A DNA stretch of 32,000 bases from Candidatus Saccharimonadota bacterium (GCA_016699955.1 CP064993.1:930001-962000), one strand, 5' to 3'; numbered from the stretch's first letter, positions 6,552-14,973 are shown. The notes: generated from the sequence alone by a model not told the origin. A program made the numbers and translations.

Positions 6552-7211
6552 CTATTTCTTTGACCCGGTTGCGCCGCTCAAAATCTTTTGTATTATCTGA
6601 CGAGACTTTTCTGGAAGGCCGCCAAGTGACAATACTTCGGTAAGTGGCTCAACGATATTTGCACTCCAGCTGATTTGCATGCGGCGGATTTGCGCGGAAG
6701 TTGATGTCGTGGCTTGCGGGGCAAGCACAACGACCTTTCCACAGAGATCCTCGAGTTTTTTAAGCTCTTTGTCAGTGTAGGTTTCTGCAGTCGCCACAAG
6801 CACATCGGGCTGTACTAGCTTAATGAGGGTCCATTTGGGGTCATCCGGTTGCTTTGACGTTATTAGATCAACTGAGCGTAAATAAGCGAGCATCTGAACT
6901 CGTTCTTGCTCCGGTACGATTGGTCTGGTTGGACCCTTACGAAGTTTTACTTTGGCATCGGAATCGACGCCGACAATCAGCACATCACCGTATGATTTTG
7001 CCCGTTCCATGTACCGGGCATGCCCAACATGAATCAAGTCAAATGTACCACTAGTGAGCACAATTTTCATCCCAAGTGTTTTGAGTGCTTCAACATACAG
7101 TCGCAGTTTTTCGTGATCCTGAATAAAGCGAGCTTCCGGGTTTGAACCGTAACCCATTACGCCACGTTCGCTTGAGAAAGCCTTATCAGCAGTAGTTTTT
7201 ACATTTCCCAT
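6552..7211 (-). CDS. cytidylyltransferase-superfamily nucleotidyltransferase (TagD / RfaE domain II-like)
   Basis: SGTFDLIHVGHARYMERAK (HxGH motif) and VGVDSD; 219 aa. Confidence 0.7.
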   Translation of the reverse strand: MGNVKTTADKAFSSERGVMGYGSNPEARFIQDHEKLRLYVEALKTLGMKIVLTSGTFDLIHVGHARYMERAKSYGDVLIVGVDSDAKVKLRKGPTRPIVPEQERVQMLAYLRSVDLITSKQPDDPKWTLIKLVQPDVLVATAETYTDKELKKLEDLCGKVVVLAPQATTSTSAQIRRMQISWSANIVEPLTEVLSLGGLPEKSRQIIQKILSGATGSKK

Positions 7212-7375
7212 TTGCTTCTATAGTAATACAAACAGCCCGTTGCACATAGTCCTGTTGGCCACATCGTCTTACTTTTTTCTAGCAATCACGCATAACTCAA
7301 TCAGCCAGTCTGCTAGCAGAGCTGTAAATTCTGATTTGCTCCTTGACAACCGTGGAGATTATGCGACAGTCGAGT

Positions 7376-8317
7376 TTATTCGTTGGGGTTGACGGTGATG
7401 CTCGGACCCATGGTTGTGGTGACGTGCACAGCTTTTATGAAGGTGCCTTTGACGCTTTGCGGCTTAGCATTTTTGATACTTGCCATGACGGCAGCTGCAT
7501 TTTCGTTTAGTTTTACTCCGCCAAAGCTTACTTTGCCTATGGCCAAGTGAATAATACCTGTGCTGTCAACGCGGTACTCCACACGACCTGCCTTTGCTTC
7601 TGCGACGGCTTTATTTACATCTGTTGTAACCGTACCGCTTTTTGGGTTTGGCATAAGACCACGTGGGCCAAGCAAGCGGGCGTATTTGCCAAGCTTGGGC
7701 ATGTTTGCCGGTGTTGAAATAAGCGTATCAAATGTAATCTCACCTTTTTCAAGCTGCTTGGTGATTTCCTCGACACCTGCCAAGTCTGCTCCTTCAACTG
7801 TATCATCAGCAAAAACCGCGACGCGAATGGTTTTGCCAGTGCCCTGTGGCAAGACAAGGTTGGCGCGAATGTTTTGGTCGGCCTGGCGTGGGTCTACACC
7901 GAGGTTAATGTGCAGCTCGACGCTGGCGTCAAACTTTACGCTACTTGTTTTGGTGGCCAGCTCAAGTGCTTCAGCAAGGCCATAAACCTTACCATTTTCT
8001 ATGAGTTCGGCTGCTTTGCGGTAGCCTTTGCTGCGTCGTTCTAGACGGCTACGAGTCGGTTTTACTGGTGCCTTTGGCTTTGCCTCGGCTTCTGCTTCTT
8101 CTTCGGTGCGATGTTTCTGATGTTCAATTTTTTCTTGCTTGGCTTCGGCTTCTTCAAGCCCTTTGGTGCTGCGCTTGCCAGCTTTGGCTACTTTGGCCAC
8201 TTTCACCGCGGATGCGTCTTTTTCCTCTGGTACTTCAACTTCATTTACCTCAGCAGCCGCTGCTTGTGCCTCTAGTGCCATGGCAGCTACTGCTGCGTCG
8301 TCATTTTTCTTTGCCAT
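7376..8317 (-). CDS. rplA: 50S ribosomal protein L1 with a ~85-aa Ala/Glu/Lys-rich N-terminal extension
   Basis: Core VYGLAEALELATKTSSVKFDASVELHINLGVDPRQADQNIRANLVLPQGTGK.. is canonical L1. Strong SD (AAGGAG) upstream of ATG 8317. Confidence 0.95.
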   Translation of the reverse strand: MAKKNDDAAVAAMALEAQAAAAEVNEVEVPEEKDASAVKVAKVAKAGKRSTKGLEEAEAKQEKIEHQKHRTEEEAEAEAKPKAPVKPTRSRLERRSKGYRKAAELIENGKVYGLAEALELATKTSSVKFDASVELHINLGVDPRQADQNIRANLVLPQGTGKTIRVAVFADDTVEGADLAGVEEITKQLEKGEITFDTLISTPANMPKLGKYARLLGPRGLMPNPKSGTVTTDVNKAVAEAKAGRVEYRVDSTGIIHLAIGKVSFGGVKLNENAAAVMASIKNAKPQSVKGTFIKAVHVTTTMGPSITVNPNE

Positions 8318-8640
8318 ATATTATTTCTCCTTTTGTGGTTCAAACCCTACTAAATTCGGTCCCACTTACTGTTGGTACATTGATAAGTATAGTTATTTTT
8401 TCTTTCGGTTATTAGGTAAGATAGTCGGTGGTGTGGCAGAAGGCATTCCGGCTTGTTCATCTAGACCTCCGCCCCGTGCGTTAGGTAAGGGTTTAACAGT
8501 TATCTTGACTGGGAAGCCCGTATGTTCAGCGCTAACACCGGCAATAGCTGAGGCTGCGGCAGTCTGATGACGGTCAAGGTGAGGCGCATGAGTAAACGCA
8601 AAGCCTAGAGCACGCGCTGGATTTGTTTCGTTGCCACCCA

Positions 8641-9069
8641 TTATGCTGCTACTTCCACGCCCATACTGCGGGCGGTGCCGGCGACCATTTTCATGACGGC
8701 TTCGACATCGTTGGTGTTCATATCATGAGCTTTTTCTTCGGCAATTTTACGGAGGTCTGCTTGACTAAGTTTCTTGGCGATTTTCTCGCTGTTTGGTCGG
8801 CCACTGCCTTTTTGTATGCCAAGCGCGGCACGTATGCGGTCGTCGGTTGGTTCAGCAACGACACGGAAGCTCATGGTCCGGTCCTCATATATGGTAATGT
8901 GTGCGGTAACGGTTTTACCCATCATGTCTTTGGTGGCGTCGTTGAATGGACCAATAAAATCCATCATGTTGACACCGTATTGGCCGAGGGTACTACCCAC
9001 GGGCGGCGCTGCAGATGCCTGCCCGCCTTTAATTTTCATTTTTAAGTTAGCTTTGACGACTTTTGCCAT
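8641..9069 (-). CDS. rplK: 50S ribosomal protein L11
   Basis: MAKVVKANLKMKIKGGQASAAPPVGSTLGQYGVNMMDF.. is canonical L11; 142 aa. Confidence 0.95.
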   Translation of the reverse strand: MAKVVKANLKMKIKGGQASAAPPVGSTLGQYGVNMMDFIGPFNDATKDMMGKTVTAHITIYEDRTMSFRVVAEPTDDRIRAALGIQKGSGRPNSEKIAKKLSQADLRKIAEEKAHDMNTNDVEAVMKMVAGTARSMGVEVAA

Positions 9070-9219
9070 CAGTTTTCTCCTTTCGAACGGGATATTATGA
9101 GACGTTTGAAGCTAGTCTCGCCGTTCTCCTACCTTTAAGTAGTGCGTAACAGATAAGATCGTATCATATTTTTCCTTGAAGCACAAGGTTTGAGGCACGA
9201 GGAATTCTAATTGTGGCTA

Positions 9220-9438
9220 TCAAATACGAGGGCCATCCTTCGTAAAGACATTCGAGCCGCCTACTGCCGAACTGGACAAATATGCTAAAGGGTTTAGACC
9301 GTGACCAATTTCGGGGCGTCGTATTGTGGTGCCGTCGACTATCTCAACATAGGGAACAAGTAGGTCGGGTATACGCTTGCCACGAAAAACTAGAAAATAC
9401 GGCTGCCCAGCTACAAGAAACTCCCCTGAGTTATCCAT
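9220..9438 (-). CDS. hypothetical 72-aa ORF between nusG and rplK
   Basis: Track ORF 9220..9447. First ATG is at 9438 (MDNSGEFLVAGQPYFLVFRGKRIPDLL..). No clear SD and no recognisable family. Could be non-coding leader sequence. Confidence 0.25.
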   Translation of the reverse strand: MDNSGEFLVAGQPYFLVFRGKRIPDLLVPYVEIVDGTTIRRPEIGHGLNPLAYLSSSAVGGSNVFTKDGPRI

Positions 9439-9439
9439 A

Positions 9440-9985
9440 CTAGACACGCTTTACTTGGAGGCTGTCGAGCTCTACTGGTGTTTCACGGCCAAACATATTG
9501 ACGAGTACTTTGAGCTTGCCTTTTTGTGCGTCTAGCTCGCTGACTGAGCCATCGAAACCTTTGAAAGGCCCGTCAATAATGCTGACAACTTCGCCGATGG
9601 CGTAATCAATCTTATGTTTTGGCTGTTCGAGACCCATGCGTTTCTGGATTTTCTCTATTTCGTCTTGGTCAACAGGCGTTGGTTCGGTGCCGCTCCCGAC
9701 AAACCCGGTAACAGAAGGAGTGTTGCGCACAATGTACCAAGCATCTTCGCTTAGTTTCATTTGCACAAGCACATAGCCTTGAAATATACGCTTCTCGACA
9801 ATTTTGCGTTTGCCGTTTTTGATTTCAATTTGCTTTTCTTTGGGCACGAGCGCTTGGAAAATCTTATCTTTCATGTCAAGTGACTCTGCTCGCTGGCGGA
9901 TGCTTTCGGCTACTTTTTCTTCGTACCCGCTGTACGTGTGGATGGCGTACCATTGTTTGCTTGTGTCGTAACGCTTGTTGCTCAT
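9440..9985 (-). CDS. nusG: transcription termination/antitermination factor NusG
   Basis: WYAIHTYSGYEEKV (NGN domain) and the KOW motif GEVVSIIDGPFKGFDGSV; 181 aa. Confidence 0.95.
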   Translation of the reverse strand: MSNKRYDTSKQWYAIHTYSGYEEKVAESIRQRAESLDMKDKIFQALVPKEKQIEIKNGKRKIVEKRIFQGYVLVQMKLSEDAWYIVRNTPSVTGFVGSGTEPTPVDQDEIEKIQKRMGLEQPKHKIDYAIGEVVSIIDGPFKGFDGSVSELDAQKGKLKVLVNMFGRETPVELDSLQVKRV

Positions 9986-9993
9986 AAAACTCC

Positions 9994-10395
9994 TTAATTC
10001 ACAAATAGCTGTTTGAATACTTTATCAAGACCATAATCTACCACCGCGATTATCAGACCAAACATAATTGAAAAAATAACAACGGCGGAGGTAAGACGCA
10101 CACTTTCCCGGAACGTTGGCCAGGTGACACCGCGCAACTCTTTCCAGCTGGCGCGTATATAAGTGAGCCCAAGTATACGCCAGAGTAGCTTGAAAGGCGG
10201 CAACTGTGCAACATAGCGCAAAACATGTCCGATATGTTTTAGCGGGAAATGGTGTGATAGCCATACCAGTGCGCGCCAGACAAGCCTAGCGGGCAAGAAA
10301 AAACCGCTCCAAAAAACTTGCGTAAGAGTTTGTTCCTGCGTTTGTTTACGTACCTTTTTTGCCACCGTTGTTCTCTCTTTCGAATGATTAGCCAT
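9994..10395 (-). CDS. secE: preprotein translocase subunit SecE (N-terminally extended, 133 aa)
   Basis: C-terminal SWKELRGVTWPTFRESVRLTSAVVIFSIMFGLIIAVVDYGLD matches the SecE core TM. Position directly upstream of nusG is conserved synteny. Confidence 0.8.
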   Translation of the reverse strand: MANHSKERTTVAKKVRKQTQEQTLTQVFWSGFFLPARLVWRALVWLSHHFPLKHIGHVLRYVAQLPPFKLLWRILGLTYIRASWKELRGVTWPTFRESVRLTSAVVIFSIMFGLIIAVVDYGLDKVFKQLFVN

Positions 10396-10397
10396 TT

Positions 10398-10420
10398 AAA
10401 AAGCCTACAGTGTTGTAGGC
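10398..10420 (-). promoter_or_regulatory. terminator-shaped hairpin plus U-run abutting the secE start codon
   Basis: Minus strand reads GCCTACA-ACAC-TGTAGGC-TTTTT-AA-ATG(secE). A candidate promoter, TTGACT-17-TAATCT, lies about 30 nt upstream on the same strand. Confidence 0.4.
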
Positions 10421-10441
10421 GTCTAATGTCAAGATTACGGT

Positions 10442-11989
10442 ATGGGACAGATAAAGTCAAGATGCTATAGTATGATTATGTATGTTTGGCTCGGCCTGTG
10501 GGCTGTCGTTGCCGCGCTAGAGGCGCTGCTTTATGCTTTTGGCTCAAAAATACTGCAACGGACCTTGTCTGGCAGATTGGCTGTATCTCTGGTGCTTGGT
10601 ACGGCACTTGTTGTAGTAGATGTTGGGTTACTACTGAACGCCTGGAAGTACTGGTTGCTAGCCGTATTTATCACCCCTTACCGGCTCGTCAATCTGGCAC
10701 GGTTTGTGAAGCACCGTTTGCACGTTGAACGTTTGCGGGCTGTGTCTTTACGTGCGCATGGCTGGCAGATTACCGCTCAGCTAGTACTTCTTGGCCTTTG
10801 TTTGGCACTGCATACTGTTCCGCTAACGACGTTGGTTGCATTGGTTGCCTCGGCGCAACTGCTTGGTGTGCTTACATTGCTAAGAGCAAGTATGCAAACG
10901 TGGGAACATGCTAAGCCAGTACCCCTGGCCAAGCACTACTCTAACAGCCAACTGCCGAGTGTCAGTGTGCTCATACCGGCGCGCGACGAAACAGAGGCTC
11001 TGCGTGTTTGTTTGGACAGTCTTGTTGCAAACGATTACCCAAGGCTAGAAATACTGGTGCTAGACGATTGCTCTGTTAGCAAAAAAACGCCTGAAATAAT
11101 CCGCAGCTATGCTCAGTCCGGTGTACGTTTCATAAAGGGCGAGCTACCGCCGGAGGATTGGATTGCTAAAAACTACGGTTATGAACAACTCCGCCGCGAT
11201 GCCTCCGGTGATGTGCTTCTGTACTGTGGTGTCGATACAGTGTTTGAACCGCGAGCAATTCGCGCAATTGTGGAAACAATGTTGTCTCGAGAAAAAGAAA
11301 TGATGAGCGTTTTACCGACGCGCGCTGCTACTGAAGATAAAACAGTGTCGTTTTTGCAAACCATGCGGTACTATTGGGAACTGTGTTTGCCAAGAAGAAT
11401 GTTTAAACGTCCGCCAGTGCTCAGCACCTGTTGGATTGTCCGTAAAGACTTGCTGCAGGAATTTGGCGGTCTGGGCGCTGTCTCGCAAAGTGTTTCTCCG
11501 GAGGCACATTTTGCAAAATTGGCTGTCGCTAAAGACATATATACGTTTGTACGAAGCCACGGTGATTTGCAAATTCACAGTACTAAGACCTTGGGCGAAC
11601 AGTTTAATACGACTGTGCGCTTACGCTATCCGCAGCTTCACAGGCGCCTCGAATTGGTTGCGGCCACAACGCTTTTTGAGCTCTTCTTTTTCATTGGGCC
11701 ATTTGTAGGGCTACCCGTTAGTTTTCTACTGCCTCACACCGGCGCGTATTTTGCGATATGGTTTGGAGCAGTGCTAGCCGTTGAGCTCATGTACTACCTA
11801 ATTGCCGTGCAGACAAAGCTCAATAGCGCCTGGGTAGCCTTTGTAACCGCGCCTTTTGGCTTTGCGGCAGACGTTGTGATGCTGCACATTTCTATGCTGC
11901 GATACGAGTTTGGCACGGTAAATTGGAAAGGGCGCAATGTCTGCATACCTGTTATGCGCGTCGAACCCCGCCTTCCCAAGGTAAGTTGA
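10442..11989 (+). CDS. family-2 glycosyltransferase with N- and C-terminal multi-TM regions
   Basis: VSVLIPARDETEALRVCLDSLVANDYPRLEILVLDDCS (GT2 DxD region), flanked by hydrophobic segments; 515 aa. The true start may be the ATG at 10472. Confidence 0.8.
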   Translation: MGQIKSRCYSMIMYVWLGLWAVVAALEALLYAFGSKILQRTLSGRLAVSLVLGTALVVVDVGLLLNAWKYWLLAVFITPYRLVNLARFVKHRLHVERLRAVSLRAHGWQITAQLVLLGLCLALHTVPLTTLVALVASAQLLGVLTLLRASMQTWEHAKPVPLAKHYSNSQLPSVSVLIPARDETEALRVCLDSLVANDYPRLEILVLDDCSVSKKTPEIIRSYAQSGVRFIKGELPPEDWIAKNYGYEQLRRDASGDVLLYCGVDTVFEPRAIRAIVETMLSREKEMMSVLPTRAATEDKTVSFLQTMRYYWELCLPRRMFKRPPVLSTCWIVRKDLLQEFGGLGAVSQSVSPEAHFAKLAVAKDIYTFVRSHGDLQIHSTKTLGEQFNTTVRLRYPQLHRRLELVAATTLFELFFFIGPFVGLPVSFLLPHTGAYFAIWFGAVLAVELMYYLIAVQTKLNSAWVAFVTAPFGFAADVVMLHISMLRYEFGTVNWKGRNVCIPVMRVEPRLPKVS

Positions 11990-12220
11990 TAGTGCCTGTC
12001 TAGTCGTTAAATCGTAGCAGCTTGATGTTAGCATAAGTCGAGTCCACGTTGGGGGGCTTGGCTGACCCTGCGAAAGCCTATGATGGGCAGCTGCGATACC
12101 ACTTAACTTAACCTTACGAATCATTCCGTGCTTGCAGGAGAAAATGCATTATGCGAGCTAAAAATGCGAAATGCGTGGAGTACCTCCACTTGGTTAACGC
12201 TCTCTGCCTGTTACTATATG

Positions 12221-12251
12221 TCTGGCTTGGCACAATGGCAAGCAGTTTTTT
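12221..12251 (+). terminator. imperfect hairpin followed by T7
   Basis: CTGGCTTGGCA-CAA-TGGCAAGCAG (bulged) then TTTTTTT at 12245..12251. About 230 nt downstream of the GT2 stop. Confidence 0.4.
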
Positions 12252-12285
12252 TGAGAAATAGCTGAGACGAAAGGTTAACTATAAG

Positions 12286-13392
12286 TTACTTGAGATTCGG
12301 GATGAAAATGGAGAAAGTTGAGCCATGGTTTAGCTCGGTTGTTAGATTTATATCGGCGTGAATGAGGCGAGCCAGTTTCATGGTGACGTAAAGCCCCAAC
12401 CCTGTTCCTGTGGTGGCGCGCGTCCGATAATCTTCACTTCTAAAGAATTTGTCGAACACCCGCTCTTCGTCGCCCTTACTAATACCAATGCCGGTATCTG
12501 ACACGGTAAACAGCACCCCGTCATCCTTTGGTTGAGCGCCAACAATGACACTTCCCTTCTCGGTGTATTTAATAGCATTGGTCACAAAATTCTGCAATAT
12601 TTCGCGCACGTATAACTCGCTCGAAGACATAGTTTCAAGGTGGGGGCTGACGTCGGCGCGCAGTATGAGCCCTTTGGTTTTTGCCTCAGTCGCATAGCCG
12701 TCTACGAGATTGGTTACTAGTTGGTAGGCGTTGAAGGCAGAAATTTCTAGGGTGAGCTTGCCTCGTTCAGCACGGCTCAGTGTCGACAAGTCGTTAACCA
12801 TTCCCGCAAGAAACATAATTTGCTCGTGAGCCTGTTTAAGCGCTTCTACTGTGACGTGATCGCCGCCGGCTTTGTCAATAATGAACTGGGCATTGCTAAT
12901 ATTGGCTTCAGCTATTGCAATCGGAGTACGAAGTTCATGGCTAACGACAGAAATAAACTCGTCACGTTCTTCTTCTAGCGATTTTTCATGGGTAATGTCA
13001 CGCAGCAGTAAGACGTAGCCTCTATCACCGGCTGCACCATATCCAAGATGTACCGGTGCTACTGATAGATATAGGTTTATGCGGCTTCCGTCGTCATAAT
13101 GTAGTAACAGGTCGCGGTTGCTCGTGGCTCGTTCGCAGCCCTGAACAAGTGATTCGGCGTCGACATGATGCCCGTTTTTGTCAAAGAGCTGCAAGAGCTG
13201 CTTAAGATTTTTGCCAGAGATTGATCGGTTAGTATCGAGAATATTTAGTGCGGCACCATTGTATAGCACTACCCGTATGTCGTCATCGACCGTGATGACG
13301 CCGTCTGCCATACTCCCGATTAGACTCTGGAGGCGTTCGTGTTCGATTGCCGCGTCTGCAATAAGACCGGCGGGCCGATTTTTCCCACTCAT
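12286..13392 (-). CDS. cytoplasmic PAS-domain sensor histidine kinase (no adjacent response regulator)
   Basis: H-box FISVVSHELRTPIA. HATPase_c motifs NAIKYT, SDTGIGI and GTGLGLYV. PAS-like N-terminus. No TM segments seen. Confidence 0.85.
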   Translation of the reverse strand: MSGKNRPAGLIADAAIEHERLQSLIGSMADGVITVDDDIRVVLYNGAALNILDTNRSISGKNLKQLLQLFDKNGHHVDAESLVQGCERATSNRDLLLHYDDGSRINLYLSVAPVHLGYGAAGDRGYVLLLRDITHEKSLEEERDEFISVVSHELRTPIAIAEANISNAQFIIDKAGGDHVTVEALKQAHEQIMFLAGMVNDLSTLSRAERGKLTLEISAFNAYQLVTNLVDGYATEAKTKGLILRADVSPHLETMSSSELYVREILQNFVTNAIKYTEKGSVIVGAQPKDDGVLFTVSDTGIGISKGDEERVFDKFFRSEDYRTRATTGTGLGLYVTMKLARLIHADINLTTELNHGSTFSIFIPNLK

Positions 13393-13465
13393 GGGTTTTA
13401 GTATGCCATATCCGCGTGAAAAGCAGTAGCAGTTTATCAGGACGACTTACCACAACTGAAGGAAG

Positions 13466-14197
13466 CTACTCTTCTAGGGGTTCGGTGGATGGCCGTGGAA
13501 TAAGCGCGGGCTGAATATGACGAACACGTTTGGCAATCATGCGGGCATCGGGAATCAGACTCTCAACTGCCTGCCAAAAAGCAGCGCTGTGATTCATATG
13601 CTGGGTATGTGCTAGCTCATGACATATAACATAATCGATCTGCTGCCAGCTGAGTTGCATAAGGAAAAGGTTTAACGTTATGTTGCCATTGCTGTCGCAG
13701 CTGCCCCAGCGACGTTTCAAATGTTTAATTGTCACGGTGCCGCACGTCAGCGAGTTTTTTTCGGCCTTTGCTTGTAACCGAGGCACCAGTAACACACGAG
13801 CTTCCTTTTTTAGGGCGCGTATAGCGGCTTGCTCGGCGCGCGTTTGCACCGCTTCTGAGGTGAGGGTTTCACCTGGGTGGTAATATATTATCAGTTTTGT
13901 CGCTGTTACGCGTGACTTCGCTTCACTTCGTTCTGGAATTTGCTCAAAATGCAGGTTATGTAGTTTTCCAATTTTGTCGCCCTCTTTCAAGGTTGTGGGA
14001 GTTGTTTTTGCAAGCTCAAGGCGAATCCAATCAGTGTGCTGGCGTACAAAAGTTACAGCAGTAAAATAGGGCGTCCAGCGTGGTAACGTCACGCGTACAC
14101 CGTGCGCAGTTACGCTTATACGTATTGATTTACTTTGAGCTGTTTTTGTAAATGAAACAAAGCCAATTTCGGGCACCTCAATAATTTTGGTGGCCAT
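13466..14197 (-). CDS. DUF45/YgjP-like (M48/SprT-like) zinc metallopeptidase
   Basis: RRWGSC....I.LN and the ICHELAHTQHMNHSAAFW (HExxH) arrangement typical of YgjP/DUF45; 243 aa. Confidence 0.8.
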   Translation of the reverse strand: MATKIIEVPEIGFVSFTKTAQSKSIRISVTAHGVRVTLPRWTPYFTAVTFVRQHTDWIRLELAKTTPTTLKEGDKIGKLHNLHFEQIPERSEAKSRVTATKLIIYYHPGETLTSEAVQTRAEQAAIRALKKEARVLLVPRLQAKAEKNSLTCGTVTIKHLKRRWGSCDSNGNITLNLFLMQLSWQQIDYVICHELAHTQHMNHSAAFWQAVESLIPDARMIAKRVRHIQPALIPRPSTEPLEE

Positions 14198-14859
14198 TAG
14201 CGGACGCTTATGTTGCGCCGAGACAGATCTACTCGACCGGCAGCAGGGTTTGGCACAATGTTGACAAGACCGGGTTTACTTAGCTGTGCTGGGGTGTTAT
14301 CGAGAGCTATCAACCGTTTTTCGACAAGGTAGCGAATAACAGCGTTTTTTTGAGTGTTAAAGACATGTTTACCGCTAAGAACAAGGTAGTTTTCGGTAAT
14401 TTCAGGGTTTTGCATGCCAGACATGAGCTCACGGAACGTTCCTGGCTCCATTTCTTGAGCGTAGTGGTCATCGTGTTTGCGGCGGTCGCGTTTGCTAGAG
14501 CGCTTAAAAGCCGAGTCTGGGTCAATTTGCAACCACAGCAAAATAGGATGAGCCGCGGCTTTGATAGCAAGATTTCTAAGGGCACGGCGCTGCGATAATC
14601 GCATAGCGTTTGTGTCGAAAACCACGCTGATCCCTGCCTGTAAGAATTCGCTGGTCATGTACGCCATCAGGCTGGCAACGATATGATTTTCTTCTTTGCT
14701 GTACGATGGATTTTCAAAAAGTTCATCCCGAATACGATCGCCTTGAACGTGGGCGGCCGCAAGTTGTTCGCAGAGTTGCCGCGAAAAAAATGTCTTGCCT
14801 GACCCGGGCATGCCATAAAGCATGATAAGCAGCGGTTTTGTCGGTTGTAATTTTACCAT
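14197..14859 (-). CDS. P-loop kinase-like ATP-binding protein (AAA_33/zeta-toxin-like fold)
   Basis: Walker A LYGMPGSGKTF followed by GDRIRDE. 220 aa. Stop overlaps the DUF45 ATG (TAATG). Confidence 0.7.
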   Translation of the reverse strand: MVKLQPTKPLLIMLYGMPGSGKTFFSRQLCEQLAAAHVQGDRIRDELFENPSYSKEENHIVASLMAYMTSEFLQAGISVVFDTNAMRLSQRRALRNLAIKAAAHPILLWLQIDPDSAFKRSSKRDRRKHDDHYAQEMEPGTFRELMSGMQNPEITENYLVLSGKHVFNTQKNAVIRYLVEKRLIALDNTPAQLSKPGLVNIVPNPAAGRVDLSRRNISVR

Positions 14860-14882
14860 GGTTCTTTACAGTATATCAAATA

Positions 14883-14959
14883 TGGTGGGTGATGAGGGAC
14901 TCGAACCCCCGACCCTCTCGGTGTAAACGAGATGCTCTAGCCAACTGAGCTAATCACCC
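14883..14959 (-). tRNA. tRNA-Val (anticodon TAC), CCA encoded
   Basis: Reverse complement GGGTGATTAGCTCAGTTGGCTAGAGCATCTCGTTTACACCGAGAGGGTCGGGGGTTCGAGTCCCTCATCACCCACCA folds as a cloverleaf. Anticodon loop is TTTACAC. Confidence 0.9.
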
Positions 14960-14973
14960 GAATTGTGCTTCTG

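Noticed and set aside
7212-7375. Absence of rplJ-rplL after rplA as a sign of rearrangement or an island
   Set aside because: Operon breakage of this cluster is common across bacteria. No repeats or mobility genes flank the junction, and only a short CTGCTAGCAG palindrome is present.
8318-8640. RNase P RNA or tmRNA in the rplK-rplA spacer (the local string TCTAGATGAACAAGCCGG resembles RNase P CR-IV/V)
   Set aside because: It lacks GGAAAGTCCGGGC (CR-I) and ACAGAA-CCGGCTTA. It has no tRNA-like 5'/3' ends and no tag ORF ending in ..ALAA. It is too short for RNase P.
8068-9100. Plus-strand ORFs antisense to rplA/rplK (8068..8415, 8139..8567, 8623..9045, 8774..9100)
   Set aside because: They lie opposite highly conserved ribosomal protein genes and have no motifs or start signals. 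They are typical antisense shadows. The same reasoning applies to 17492..17929, 24102..24449, 27649..28239, 28456..28791 and similar ORFs.
12000-12110. SRP (4.5S) RNA, suggested by a GAAA-capped hairpin and GGGCAGC strings
   Set aside because: The conserved helix-8 pattern (..AGGUCC-GNRA-GGAAGCAGCC..) and a complementary extended helix 5 are not present.
12150-12260. 36-aa hydrophobic ORF MRAKNAKCVEYLHLVNALCLLLYVWLGTMASSFFEK listed as a gene feature
   Set aside because: Its 3' end is formed by the terminator-like hairpin and T-run, and nothing but a moderate SD supports it. It is mentioned only inside a low-interest finding.
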